A stretch of 64,000 nt of DNA, from IMG/VR virus record IMGVR_UViG_3300028832_000095, positions 32,001-96,000 of that record; one strand, given 5' to 3'. Source of the stretch: a virus (lineage: Duplodnaviria; Caudoviricetes). Each line of letters opens with the position of its first letter. Positions within the stretch are counted from its first letter, which is position 1. Below, piece after piece: positions 1 to 10,921 of this stretch. The notes beneath the pieces were generated by a model. That model ran no database searches. It was given only the letters and a program-made list of their open reading frames with translations, and had not been told where the DNA came from. The translations under genes were made by a program, and so were the position numbers.

Positions 1-678
1 CAACCCCCTTATTCTGCAAGACCTTATGATATGTTCGGAGCTGGTGGAGTTATAAAGGTTCCGCAGGTATATTCCGGTGGAGAGACATTTGAAAACACAG
101 GAAAACAAAACAATAAACAAAAGTATCTTCAAAAACCTAGTAGTAAAAAATCAAGTTCCGATACTATAAGACCAATAGTACAATTAGGAAACGCTGTTCA
201 ACGGAAATGTTGGATAAAGGTCAACGAAACGACTTTATGTTTTCCATGTTTTCCTGAAAGTTATACAGATTCACATACGGCATCTGTAACACCTATGAAT
301 ATATTAGGACGATCCGAACCGTTTCAAATCTATCAAAATTCAGGTCCTAGAACTGTGAGTGTTTCATTTAGAATGGACAGAGAAATGAACAGAACGTGTA
401 ATATTCAGAATATCATTGCACTTGTTCAAAGTGCTTGCTACCCAATACATACATATCCAATTATTCCAAGATGCACTCTTGTTATTGGAGCTAATTGTTC
501 TATCACGGGAATTATAACTGATGTTTCTACTGATTGGGGAGAAACCTTATTATCTGTTACAGATAGCTCTGGAAATCAAAATTTTGTATATTCGGTTGCA
601 ACACTTCAATTTTCTGTAACAGAATGTACTGGAAGTCCTAAATGGCAACCTCAAGTAGCATCGAGTGGAGGTGTTTGA
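1..678 (+). CDS. Tail tube initiator/baseplate-associated protein (P2 gpU/CIS-like), 5' end probably outside the window
   Basis: Frame is open from base 1; motif ILGRSEPFQIYQNSGPRTVSVSF...GIITDVSTDW; lies upstream of LysM-like, hub and spike genes. Confidence 0.6.
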   Translation, partial: QPPYSARPYDMFGAGGVIKVPQVYSGGETFENTGKQNNKQKYLQKPSSKKSSSDTIRPIVQLGNAVQRKCWIKVNETTLCFPCFPESYTDSHTASVTPMNILGRSEPFQIYQNSGPRTVSVSFRMDREMNRTCNIQNIIALVQSACYPIHTYPIIPRCTLVIGANCSITGIITDVSTDWGETLLSVTDSSGNQNFVYSVATLQFSVTECTGSPKWQPQVASSGGV

Positions 679-683
679 TTAAA

Positions 684-1019
684 ATGAGATATGCAATGCC
701 AAGAAAATATAAAAATATTTCAAGATACAGTATTTACAGACAAATACTTGATGATGATAAAGAACTATATCTTGAAACAGTAAATCAAACTCCTGTTGAT
801 GATTCTGAGCTTGATAGATATCATAAAGTATTGAAAGAGGAAGAAAACAGATTAGATATTATCTCAAATAAGTATTATGGAACACCTGAGTATTATTGGG
901 TTATCGCACTAGGTAACAATTTGATTGATCCTATGGTTGTAAGACCGGGTGAAATTTTAAGAATTCCAAACTTTACTTCTTTGAAGAATTGGAAAGGTGC
1001 TTTGTGTAATAGACTATAA
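684..1019 (+). CDS. Baseplate LysM-like protein (P2 gpX / T4 gp53-like)
   Basis: RLDIISNKYYGTPEYYWVIALGN...PGEILRIP signature; GGAGG before ATG at 684. Confidence 0.8.
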   Translation: MRYAMPRKYKNISRYSIYRQILDDDKELYLETVNQTPVDDSELDRYHKVLKEEENRLDIISNKYYGTPEYYWVIALGNNLIDPMVVRPGEILRIPNFTSLKNWKGALCNRL

Positions 1020-1040
1020 AGATAGGGGGATACATTAAAG

Positions 1041-2540
1041 GTGAATTCAATATTGAAAGAAGGTTTTGTATCCCCGTGGATACGTTTTGAATTTGAAAGT
1101 GGGGATGCATTAGATAATTATATTGATACAATTCCTCCAAGATACTTTGTAAGTTTCAATCAAGTTAGAACTGTAAAAGAAGCGTGTTCATTTACATTGA
1201 CAATTATGTATGCACCAGGTAATTTCGGGGAATCTACTGCTTCTTTAATGCATCAATTATTATTATCTAATGCGAATACAAGAGTTAAATATGAATATGG
1301 ATATAAGATACCGGGTGGAGAACATATACCTCAAGGACAAACATATGTTGGTATCTTTACAAAATATACAGAAACAATAAATGAAGGTTATCTTACTTAT
1401 ACAATAACAGGTATTTCAAGAGCCGTTGATATCTCAACACCGGAAGTATCTGTTTCTGAATATTTTGCAGATTTAATAAGAACAAGAGGTGCAGATGGAA
1501 CAAGAAAACCAAGCACTGTTATTTGTTCATTATTAAGAGGTGGAGGAGATCCGAAAATTAAAGAATTCTTCAATGGATTTGATTGGTCTGACATAGATTG
1601 TTCCGATGAGGAAATAACAAATTCTTCTTTCCAACACTTTGTAAATCAACAGAACATTTCGATTCATGATCTTATTATGGGTCAATCTAAGGCAGACGGA
1701 ACACAAATAGTAACAGGAATTGCAAATTTAGGATATAAAAACTATACTCCAAATCAAGCTATCAGTGCTGGTTTAATATCATCCTCAAATGTGAATATGA
1801 GAATGTTAAATCAGTATTTTCTAAAAACACGTTATGGTATATCAAGTCAAATAACGGCACAAGAACAATCAGCTTACAACACTTATGAAAATGTTGCTAA
1901 GATGAAATATATAGCATTTTTTGATAATCTAGCTAATATGGAAGGTAAATACGGTTCGTTTCACTATGTTCCTCAATCTGGAAGGGATACGAATAATATC
2001 TTTGTTTATAATTATGGAAACAACTTTATAGACAGTGATGTTATCAGTTTCAGTTGTGACGTAGATTGGACTGCGGCATTAGCATCATATCCGGCAGTTG
2101 CAAATACAAGAGTTTGTATTGATGCAAAAGGTAATAATGTCGGTTCAAACTATGTAACAGATGTTATACCAGGTTTTAATAAAACAGTATTTAATACTCC
2201 GTCAGGATTTGATACATCTGCTTTTATAACAGAAACGACACTTGCAAGAGCATTGAATTTTCCATTTAGTGCAACAATGACAGTTGTTGGTCAAACAGAT
2301 TGTAATCAACTAATGGATAAAATAACTGTAAATGTTTTTGTAAATGGTTTAGAACACCTCGGTCTTTCCGGACAATATGTAATAATGGGAATTGAAGATG
2401 ATTTATCTGATAGTGGGTTTACAACAAAATTTGATTTAACGAAACTTGTATCAAAACAAACTCCTTCACTTCCGGGTGTTTATAAAGCTGGATCTTCTGA
2501 AACAGAGATTGCAATGCAAAATGATTATGCAAGGACATAA
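1041..2540 (+). CDS. Baseplate hub protein (gp27/gpD-like)
   Basis: Position between LysM and spike genes; C-terminal LSGQYVIMGIEDDLSDSGFTTKFDL is typical of hub proteins. Confidence 0.65.
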   Translation: MNSILKEGFVSPWIRFEFESGDALDNYIDTIPPRYFVSFNQVRTVKEACSFTLTIMYAPGNFGESTASLMHQLLLSNANTRVKYEYGYKIPGGEHIPQGQTYVGIFTKYTETINEGYLTYTITGISRAVDISTPEVSVSEYFADLIRTRGADGTRKPSTVICSLLRGGGDPKIKEFFNGFDWSDIDCSDEEITNSSFQHFVNQQNISIHDLIMGQSKADGTQIVTGIANLGYKNYTPNQAISAGLISSSNVNMRMLNQYFLKTRYGISSQITAQEQSAYNTYENVAKMKYIAFFDNLANMEGKYGSFHYVPQSGRDTNNIFVYNYGNNFIDSDVISFSCDVDWTAALASYPAVANTRVCIDAKGNNVGSNYVTDVIPGFNKTVFNTPSGFDTSAFITETTLARALNFPFSATMTVVGQTDCNQLMDKITVNVFVNGLEHLGLSGQYVIMGIEDDLSDSGFTTKFDLTKLVSKQTPSLPGVYKAGSSETEIAMQNDYART

Positions 2541-2561
2541 TTATAAAAGGAGGATTTAATT

Positions 2562-2924
2562 ATGGGCTTATATAAAATGTCTGGAATATGCAAAGGAATT
2601 GTGATTGATACAAACGATCCAGCCGGATTTAATAGAATTCGTGTTCGTATTCCAGAACTGCATGGTCCTGTTGATCCTACTATATTTAATAACATGGATC
2701 AAGCAAGCATAGGTGGAACTATTTCGCAAACATACTGGATTCCTGATGAAGATATACCTTGGGCAGAAGTAAATTATCCTTTTGGTTCTACTACACTGCC
2801 AGAAGTAAATCAAGTTGTAACGGTAGGATTTTTTAGTGGTGAAACATCTCAACCAGTTGTTCTAGGTTGGTTAGGATATGATTATACAGACTCAGAACAA
2901 CCTTTTTTAAGGAAGTGGGGTTGA
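2562..2924 (+). CDS. Baseplate spike OB-fold protein (gp5/gpV N-terminal domain)
   Basis: GIVIDTNDP..NRIRVRIP..PWA..LPEVNQVVTVGF..QPVVLG motif. Confidence 0.8.
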   Translation: MGLYKMSGICKGIVIDTNDPAGFNRIRVRIPELHGPVDPTIFNNMDQASIGGTISQTYWIPDEDIPWAEVNYPFGSTTLPEVNQVVTVGFFSGETSQPVVLGWLGYDYTDSEQPFLRKWG

Positions 2925-2931
2925 TTCATAA

Positions 2932-3336
2932 ATGATATTTACGACTTCAATAAAATATCCAATAACATTTGATTATATATCCGGAAAGACAAATCTGGAT
3001 GATTATGTAATATCTATAAATAGATGCATTGCCTTGACACTAACTTCCGCAAAGATGGAGTTATTAGGTGATCCTGATTTTGGTTCCCGATTATATGAGA
3101 TGTTATTCGATCAGTATTCAGATTCATTACAATACCTGATTAAACAAGAAATCGTTGAATGTGTAACGAAATTTGAGTCCAGAATAACTATAACAGAAGA
3201 GGACATAGATATCATTAAAAAAGAAGATGGAAATAGAAATTCTTTTTTGATTCATATAAAATATACGATTTCAAGAACAGACGAATCTTATGAAACCGAA
3301 GTTTTATTAGAGGAGGATACGCCAAATGCCGAATGA
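2932..3336 (+). CDS. Baseplate wedge protein (gp25/gpW family)
   Basis: PDFGSRLYEMLFD...FESRI signature. Confidence 0.85.
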   Translation: MIFTTSIKYPITFDYISGKTNLDDYVISINRCIALTLTSAKMELLGDPDFGSRLYEMLFDQYSDSLQYLIKQEIVECVTKFESRITITEEDIDIIKKEDGNRNSFLIHIKYTISRTDESYETEVLLEEDTPNAE

Positions 3337-5653
3337 TATTTTACAGTACACAAGTAGAGATTATAACTCTATAAAAACAGACCTTATAAACTCAATATCC
3401 TCTTTAACAAATCTTTGGACAAGTAGAGAGGACGGAGATCCGGGTATTGTTTTAGTTAAACTCATGTCTGCATTAGGAGATATGCTTTCTTTTAATTTTG
3501 ATAAACAAGCCCTTGAATATTACGGTCCTACGGTAACACAAAGAAAAAATGCATCAAGATTATTTGAACTGATTGGATATAAGATGCATTGGTATAAAGC
3601 TGCCGTGACAAATGTTTCACTGACATATAAACCAAGTGTTCCGGATTTTATTAGTTTTTATAAACGTATTGTAGACGGAGAAAATGCCGTTGATGTTTAC
3701 TATGATTATAGAGACTATTATGTTTGTGATTTTGACAGTACCACAACTTCATATAAGATATCACTCCCGCCAATCACAAATGGGTCTGGACAAATACCGT
3801 TGATTGATGGAATGAATGAAAGAGATACAATCTTAAATATTCAAAATGAAATATCAGATTGGCAACAAGGTCAAGATGTTAGAGTTACACCCTCAGTTAA
3901 AGAAAATGATACATTTATAGCAAATGCAAATACATTTGCCGGATATGCAAAAGAAGTATATTCCCTTTGGCAAAAAGCAAATAGAATAGGAATTCACACA
4001 TACATTGAAGATCCTCAAATATCTTTACTTTTATATTCTTCGACATATGCAGAACCCGCATATTCCCTTATTCCTGTTGAAGAAGCATCAATTGATTCTA
4101 CAACCGGAACATATATGCCAACATTATACCTACTGCCTTACGAGACAACACAACAAAAAGCAATTCAAGGTTCGATGTGTTCTGTGAACTTTACATCAAG
4201 ACAATTAAAGAAAAATTGCTTTTATTTACCGGATTCAAACGTAGACCAAGATTATCTGTTCTTAGGATATAAGACATCAAATTCAAATATCACAGATCAA
4301 CCTACAATCTTTATAGATAAAGTAGATAATCTATTAACGGAATCTGATGGAAAACTTCATTTTCAGTTCGGTGTTGATGAATTTGATTATCCATACATAG
4401 AGCTTTCAAGTTATTGGGTTGATACATTAGGAGATCAAGCTGTTACATTTACACTATATTATTTCAGAACGCAAGGAAAGTTCGGAAACATAACAGAGAA
4501 CTATCTTAAAAGATTAAATGGTACTCAATCTGGTAATATTGATGTTACAAATATGGAAAATACAGACTATCATGTAGATAACTTTGGAAATACGATTTGT
4601 GCTCCCGGTTATAATCCTGAAACAGCACCGGAAGCATACAAGAATTCGTTAAACTATGTCATGACATATGATACAATTGTAACGATATATGACTTCATGC
4701 GATTTACAAAAAGACAAGATGGTATATCAAATGCCTTTGCTTGTGACGGACAGTATGCAAAAGACCTAAATGATAAACAATTAGAACTATGTCAATCTTA
4801 TACAAGAGAACAACTTATCAATATTCTAGGAACAGATGTTGGTGGAGCTACAACAGATCAATTAGCTCAATATCTATTCAATATAAGAAAGATAATGCCT
4901 AATTACAAAAATAATATAGTGACGATTAGTCAGGCACAAACTCCTCCGTCAGTTCCAGATTTTATCAATTACAGCATAAACATTTATCCAATTGTAAATG
5001 ACTATGATACCTCGCAAGATAATGAACAAGGTATTTCATTTGAAATTGCTAAATTCTCAAATGATCCGGGTGTTGGCTTGGAATATCCATATAAAGTATA
5101 TAGAATAATAACAAGTGAAGATGATGGAATGACACCGGATAACTATAAAATTGAAACTCAACTTGACGAAGCATTTGAGGAAGTTCATGTTGCAAATGTA
5201 AAACCTTTTTATAATGGTTGTAGAGTTTTTGATTGGCGTGTTTGTGGAACATTACATCTCAAAAAAGCAGTCACTCCGGAAGAAGCAGATGATATTATAA
5301 GAACTGTTATAAATACGATTGCATCTGTTTATAGTGTTGGAAATGTTCAGTTTGGAGAAAAAGTGAATTATATGGAACTGATTGATGTGATTGTGTCGAG
5401 CCACAACAATATTAGATACTTTGATGCTGGTATGGGAAATAAGAAACTTATTGAATTTGAAAATCCTGTTGATCCAGAACATAGGAATGAATACTTTATA
5501 CCGGAAGCATATTTTAATGATGAAAGTATTATGAGATATGCACAGTCAGCAGATGAATGTTTAGGTGATCCAACAAGCAATTATTATAAATATATAACAA
5601 TTGACCCAACATATATCATAAAATCAAATGATCCTAGTAATACAAATACATGA
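3326..5653 (+). CDS. Baseplate wedge protein (T4 gp6 / gpJ-like)
   Basis: YTSRDYNSIKTDL...DPGIVLVKLMSALGDMLSFNFD...LIGYK N-terminus; IVTIYDF motif. Confidence 0.8.
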   Translation: MPNDILQYTSRDYNSIKTDLINSISSLTNLWTSREDGDPGIVLVKLMSALGDMLSFNFDKQALEYYGPTVTQRKNASRLFELIGYKMHWYKAAVTNVSLTYKPSVPDFISFYKRIVDGENAVDVYYDYRDYYVCDFDSTTTSYKISLPPITNGSGQIPLIDGMNERDTILNIQNEISDWQQGQDVRVTPSVKENDTFIANANTFAGYAKEVYSLWQKANRIGIHTYIEDPQISLLLYSSTYAEPAYSLIPVEEASIDSTTGTYMPTLYLLPYETTQQKAIQGSMCSVNFTSRQLKKNCFYLPDSNVDQDYLFLGYKTSNSNITDQPTIFIDKVDNLLTESDGKLHFQFGVDEFDYPYIELSSYWVDTLGDQAVTFTLYYFRTQGKFGNITENYLKRLNGTQSGNIDVTNMENTDYHVDNFGNTICAPGYNPETAPEAYKNSLNYVMTYDTIVTIYDFMRFTKRQDGISNAFACDGQYAKDLNDKQLELCQSYTREQLINILGTDVGGATTDQLAQYLFNIRKIMPNYKNNIVTISQAQTPPSVPDFINYSINIYPIVNDYDTSQDNEQGISFEIAKFSNDPGVGLEYPYKVYRIITSEDDGMTPDNYKIETQLDEAFEEVHVANVKPFYNGCRVFDWRVCGTLHLKKAVTPEEADDIIRTVINTIASVYSVGNVQFGEKVNYMELIDVIVSSHNNIRYFDAGMGNKKLIEFENPVDPEHRNEYFIPEAYFNDESIMRYAQSADECLGDPTSNYYKYITIDPTYIIKSNDPSNTNT

Positions 5654-5668
5654 TTGGTGGTGTGTTAA

Positions 5669-6361
5669 ATGTTAATGCAGACAAATAAATACATACCACA
5701 AGTATATGCAAAAGAGAGAACGATTCAGGTTTTCACAAAGTTGTTAGATATCATACTTACTGCGTGTAAGTATGATATTGACAATATTGGTAATGTTTAT
5801 GATGCTTATCAATGTCCGGAAAATCTACTTCCTTTACTTGCATATACACTAAATTATGATTATAATTTTCGTGACACTGTTTCTACCAACAGAGCCGTTA
5901 TAGATAGTTTTGCTATTATGGAAAGGTGGAAAGGTAGTAAACGTGGAATGAAAATGGCTACTGCTTTAAGTCTAACTTCTTTGGATATATCACAAAACAA
6001 TGCAGAACTTCTTTCTGTGTCTACTGATTACCTAACTGCTTTATCTCAAATCCATGTTGTGTACGATTATGAACACGCAAAAATAATTATTGACTATCCA
6101 AATGTATATACTCTTGTTAGTTATCTACTAGATTATGTAAGACCAGTTGGAATGTGGTTAGAGCTTAGAAGCATTGTTGGACACAATATTAATTCTGATG
6201 TTATGTTATTATTTGGAAATGCTCAAACAAATGTTCATGAGTATAATCCGGATGTTGATTCAAAAGTAAATAGATCTTTTGTAAACTTTTCCACTCCGAT
6301 TGATTATGAATGGCTTGACAATATTTCCAATAATGATACATTTACAGTGATAGGAGAGTGA
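5669..6361 (+). CDS. Baseplate/tail protein (P2 gpI-like)
   Basis: CPENLLPLLAYTLNY, WKGS and DYVRPVG motifs; synteny after gp6/gpJ. Confidence 0.7.
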   Translation: MLMQTNKYIPQVYAKERTIQVFTKLLDIILTACKYDIDNIGNVYDAYQCPENLLPLLAYTLNYDYNFRDTVSTNRAVIDSFAIMERWKGSKRGMKMATALSLTSLDISQNNAELLSVSTDYLTALSQIHVVYDYEHAKIIIDYPNVYTLVSYLLDYVRPVGMWLELRSIVGHNINSDVMLLFGNAQTNVHEYNPDVDSKVNRSFVNFSTPIDYEWLDNISNNDTFTVIGE

Positions 6362-6365
6362 TTAT

Positions 6366-7196
6366 ATGGCAATAGATAAATCACCATTAGCATTCTACAT
6401 TACGAATAATGTCTACATAACAGTTTTAGATAAATTCGGAAACATAAAAAAGGAAATAGAAACTCATAATAAATGTAATCGAACAATGGTGACTGGAATA
6501 CTTAGATTCTTGTGTGGACATTTTACAGATACAAACTGCAATGAAAATCCTCCTTATAATACGGCTAAAAATTATATTCCTTGTTATTTTGGTGTTGGTG
6601 ATGGTGGTGTTGAATTAGATACAACAGACGCACAAAATCCATTTCCAAAATCAAAACCGGGACATCCAAATATTCCAAAATTAGTTAGTGAGTGGAATCA
6701 AGAAGTAAATTACTTAGACACATCACTCGAAAGAGAATTTTTTGTTTTAGCTGATGGAACAACTACAAACAGTCGAACAAAATTTCAAGATGTAACGACA
6801 ACAATTCTTCAACCTTCCGTTGCATCAATGGACAGCATTTATTTTTATTGTCAAATACCTCCTGCAAAACTAAATGAATTCTACGGTAATAGGAATGTGT
6901 TTGTTACTGAACTTGGTTTATTTTCTGGAAATGTTTGTGGTACACATGATTTATTAGCAAAAGTAAAATTAGCTAACTATAAAGAAAATAAAGAAAATGA
7001 AGAAAATGAAGAGGAGCAAACAAATGCACTTTATGTAAGACCACAAGATACAGTTGTGGTTAGATGGATAGTATCAATTGCATCAATTGGTATTGATGAT
7101 ATGTTTGAATCTCCGGTAGAAAATGAATACGGAGACAGAATAAAAACTGATGTAACCCCTGTAACCGGAGAAATGGAATTTGAGATACTTAATTAA
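6366..7196 (+). CDS. Tail fiber attachment/collar-type structural protein
   Basis: YFGVGDG...LEREFF...VTELGLF motifs; synteny. Confidence 0.55.
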   Translation: MAIDKSPLAFYITNNVYITVLDKFGNIKKEIETHNKCNRTMVTGILRFLCGHFTDTNCNENPPYNTAKNYIPCYFGVGDGGVELDTTDAQNPFPKSKPGHPNIPKLVSEWNQEVNYLDTSLEREFFVLADGTTTNSRTKFQDVTTTILQPSVASMDSIYFYCQIPPAKLNEFYGNRNVFVTELGLFSGNVCGTHDLLAKVKLANYKENKENEENEEEQTNALYVRPQDTVVVRWIVSIASIGIDDMFESPVENEYGDRIKTDVTPVTGEMEFEILN

Positions 7197-7210
7197 AGGA
7201 GGATATACAT

Positions 7211-10200
7211 ATGCCAAATACAAGTAATTTTTTTCCAGAAGTAAATGATTCAATTATGGAAAGTTTACCTGTAAGTAATGTTAAAGCAAGTCCATCAATA
7301 AATTCAGCAAATGATGGATCTTTTAACTCAGAAGAAAATTTAAAGTGGTCGAATAGAAAGTTAGCACAAAAACCATTTATTGTTGGGGAGACATCTGAAG
7401 ATATTCGGAAATCTTTTGCTTTTATTCAAAATGATGGTGATAACATTAGAATTTCTCCCGGTATGTTGAGTGCAGACGGATATCTTTTTAAGATATCGGA
7501 TACAGAAAATATATCTTATGATCAAGACCCGTCCGAGAATTTTAGTTTAGATGTAACAACAAAGTATATGACAAAGTTTATTCAAGGTTTAACAAAACAA
7601 ACTGACGAAGAAACAAAAATATCTACCAATATAAATGATTTTGTTTTTAGCGAGTATAGAACAAATGATCCTGAAAATGCTGAGTTTCAAACTAATTGGT
7701 TTGAAGCCTCTGCAAATGAAGGAACGCTTGTGGGTTATATTGTAAACACCTATGGTGGTATAAGTCCTGACGAATATTTTAACTCACTTGAAATCGGGGA
7801 TACAACAGACGAGGATGTTCCAGATTATGTAACATTTTCAACAAATTCTATTGTAATTGCAAATTCAAATAATTCTAATATTATGGGTTCTTTAACAGAG
7901 ATAACTGATATAGATGATATAAAGCAATTTAATGAGAATGAGTTTTTTAAGATAGGAGATCCATTTGCATTATACACTGACGGTGAGAACAAGATCATAA
8001 TATACTATCCTGTAAAGATAACATATAAGAATATTTTTAATAAAGAAACAGGGAAATATGAAAACAAATTTATGCTTGCATATACTAATATTTTTGGTTT
8101 ATTTAATTACTTCGATACTCCAATTATTGAAAGTAGAACATACCCAAATACATTTTCTTCAATGTGTACTATGAAAATAAATCATCCTCTTGATGATATT
8201 GGATTTGCTGATTGTAATAAACTAACATGGGCTAAAACAATGTATGACTTAGATATGTTTTATAGTGATAGTTATCAGAGGTATAAGAAGGAAGATTTTA
8301 ACTTATTACCACCCCCATCTTTTAATGTTCATGGAATTGCCGTTGACGGTCAAACATCTGGAATATCAACATATGATAAAATATTAAATGACATTTTTGA
8401 AAGAGAAACCGCATTATCAGTAGCAAATAAATACATACCGGAAAACTCTGATATACAATATCACGAAGGAATATTTGATTACCTTTGTATTAAAGACATA
8501 TCTAACGAATGGAAACAACAAGTTACAGTTGGAGGTGTCACAAAATATGTTCCTGTTTGCTTTATGACAGAGGACGGAATTCTTTGTCCTTATGGATTCA
8601 CATATGGAGATGATAATAGTCATGTCACGAATGATTATCCAGTTGAAGGATATTTACATTTTATAAAAAGACTATACTGCCAATACAAGTTACAAATAAC
8701 TCCTACCGAACAGGATATAAAAAATGTCACTGCAAAACAACTTACTGGATGGACTTCCGGAACACCTAATTTTTACTCCTTATATAAGAAGATCATGCCA
8801 TATATAGGATTTTATATGCAACTTTGTTATTCTTCAAACATTGATAATGTTTTATTTATCAACGAAAACACAGATTACAAGAATATGAATTTTAATGGTT
8901 GTGGTGTAGCTCTGGCAGAAGCAATATCAGAAGATCCAGAAAGTAATGATTTTTATACATACATGACAGTTACAACAAATAATGGAGCCATACAAAAAGG
9001 GGGAAGTCAGTTTACAGTCACAAGTGCCAATACTACTCAAAAATATCAAAAGGATATAAGTTCCGATAAATATAGAATAGTGAATAGAATTGATGCCTTA
9101 AATAACGGACAAACACTTGTTCCAGGTCAAATCACAGAAGATAATACAGAAAATATAAATTCTTCTGTTTATGATTATTACTCTTCCCCAGAAAAAACAG
9201 TTAATGGAACAAATGTTGAACTAATTGGAATTGAAGATCCAATCAGTTACATTAGAAGATGTTATTTTGTTTGGGACTACAATGTTTCCATAAAATCAAA
9301 AAGAGACACTTATGCCTATCTAAGAAAGAAGGATGACAATTTTACATTTACCTTATATCAACTATATTATGATGAAAACGAAGATAAATTTATACTAACT
9401 CCTGTTGATACAGATATAATGTGTAAAAATGTTCCACATTATTCCTCAAACAATCCTTCTGGAAATATCGTTATAGATGAATATCTAATGCCAAGAAAAC
9501 TGCCGAAAGAGGATTGTCCTGAATATATATATACTCCGGATGATGCTGGTTCCATAAGTAATTCTGAACCAATTTTATTTGAAGATTCTTATGATGCGTG
9601 GTTTGAAACAAAAATGCAATATAATAACACAACCCAAGAAGAATATTCAACAATTGCTAATGGTATGAACTTGTGTTGGAGACAATATTCTTGGAAAACT
9701 GCTGTACCTTATGTGGTAGAAACTCAATATGATGCATTGGGATATCTTAGAGGAAGCGATATTGAAAGTATATCTAATTATAAAGGATTAAAGATGTATT
9801 ATAAATTCCCAGAAGAAATAGAATCAGATGATCTTGTAATCTTTAATGTGTTATTTTCAAATATTGCAAGTAATGCTAATTTTGATGTTGATTCTAATAA
9901 TATTGATTTGGATACAGATTGGGAAGATTCTAATTCCAAAAGAGAAACATATATTAGTGCAAACAAAATATATGGTATGTCTAATAATATTATAAACAAT
10001 GTTACAAATATCACAAATGTAATAGGAGATCAATCAACTGACAATGTTATTCAAGCATTACCTTTCGCTGAAGTGGTATATCTAACAAGTTTTATTTCGG
10101 GTTTTGACGATTTAAGTGATGAATGGACACAACTAAGAGAAATACTTAATGATCCTACATTATCACCTAATAGTTCAAGGTTCCGTTACACTGACAAATC

Positions 10201-10840
10201 TCAACTCATTACTATTCCTTTGAGAACATATAAAAATGACTATTGTTTTGGATTAGTTACAGTAAGATCATTTGAAGACCCAATAGAACTTAAAGGAAAA
10301 GAAGACTATACACAAACAGACTTGCTTCATGTAACACTTAACAAATATCCAGTTCTTGCAAATACAGTTGATATAAATAATAATACTTACATTGATAATG
10401 ATCCAAGAACTATTGGCGGGGTATACAAAGGCGATATTATTGAAAAATCAACAAATAACATAGTTGGTACTATTTACTATAATACAGGAGAGATTGAATT
10501 TGATTCTGACATAGAAGTTACCGGAGTTTCATATTCAATGAGTGTTACATTTTCCACAGACCCTATGAATATAGACATGCAACAATATGTTGATACAAAC
10601 GGCATTAAGGAAATTCATTTTAATATTCACAACACACAATTTCATAAAACATTTGAACATAAAGTTCTTATACAAGATGATGGTATGGCTGAACCACAAG
10701 CTGTAAATATACAAGTACCATACACACCTCCTTTTGGTTATAAATATTTTACAGTTATGTTACTTCGTGTAAATGCAGAAAAATTAAAATCTTATGGTGT
10801 AAATATAGGTATTGACTCATCTATATCTGCTGATTATTAA
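7211..10840 (+). CDS. Large virion structural protein (putative tail fiber/baseplate appendage)
   Basis: 1209 aa, acidic and N/T-rich; last gene of the tail module; strong RBS. Confidence 0.5.
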   Translation: MPNTSNFFPEVNDSIMESLPVSNVKASPSINSANDGSFNSEENLKWSNRKLAQKPFIVGETSEDIRKSFAFIQNDGDNIRISPGMLSADGYLFKISDTENISYDQDPSENFSLDVTTKYMTKFIQGLTKQTDEETKISTNINDFVFSEYRTNDPENAEFQTNWFEASANEGTLVGYIVNTYGGISPDEYFNSLEIGDTTDEDVPDYVTFSTNSIVIANSNNSNIMGSLTEITDIDDIKQFNENEFFKIGDPFALYTDGENKIIIYYPVKITYKNIFNKETGKYENKFMLAYTNIFGLFNYFDTPIIESRTYPNTFSSMCTMKINHPLDDIGFADCNKLTWAKTMYDLDMFYSDSYQRYKKEDFNLLPPPSFNVHGIAVDGQTSGISTYDKILNDIFERETALSVANKYIPENSDIQYHEGIFDYLCIKDISNEWKQQVTVGGVTKYVPVCFMTEDGILCPYGFTYGDDNSHVTNDYPVEGYLHFIKRLYCQYKLQITPTEQDIKNVTAKQLTGWTSGTPNFYSLYKKIMPYIGFYMQLCYSSNIDNVLFINENTDYKNMNFNGCGVALAEAISEDPESNDFYTYMTVTTNNGAIQKGGSQFTVTSANTTQKYQKDISSDKYRIVNRIDALNNGQTLVPGQITEDNTENINSSVYDYYSSPEKTVNGTNVELIGIEDPISYIRRCYFVWDYNVSIKSKRDTYAYLRKKDDNFTFTLYQLYYDENEDKFILTPVDTDIMCKNVPHYSSNNPSGNIVIDEYLMPRKLPKEDCPEYIYTPDDAGSISNSEPILFEDSYDAWFETKMQYNNTTQEEYSTIANGMNLCWRQYSWKTAVPYVVETQYDALGYLRGSDIESISNYKGLKMYYKFPEEIESDDLVIFNVLFSNIASNANFDVDSNNIDLDTDWEDSNSKRETYISANKIYGMSNNIINNVTNITNVIGDQSTDNVIQALPFAEVVYLTSFISGFDDLSDEWTQLREILNDPTLSPNSSRFRYTDKSQLITIPLRTYKNDYCFGLVTVRSFEDPIELKGKEDYTQTDLLHVTLNKYPVLANTVDINNNTYIDNDPRTIGGVYKGDIIEKSTNNIVGTIYYNTGEIEFDSDIEVTGVSYSMSVTFSTDPMNIDMQQYVDTNGIKEIHFNIHNTQFHKTFEHKVLIQDDGMAEPQAVNIQVPYTPPFGYKYFTVMLLRVNAEKLKSYGVNIGIDSSISADY

Positions 10841-10846
10841 AAACAT

Positions 10847-10882
10847 AAAACACTCTCTGAGAAATCAGGGAGTGTTTTTTTT
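10847..10882 (+). terminator. Rho-independent terminator ending the structural module
   Basis: aaaacactctctga-gaaa-tcagggagtgtttt followed by a T run. Confidence 0.85.
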
Positions 10883-10921
10883 ACAATTAGTAGATATCGT
10901 TAAAAAATATACAGACAAAGA

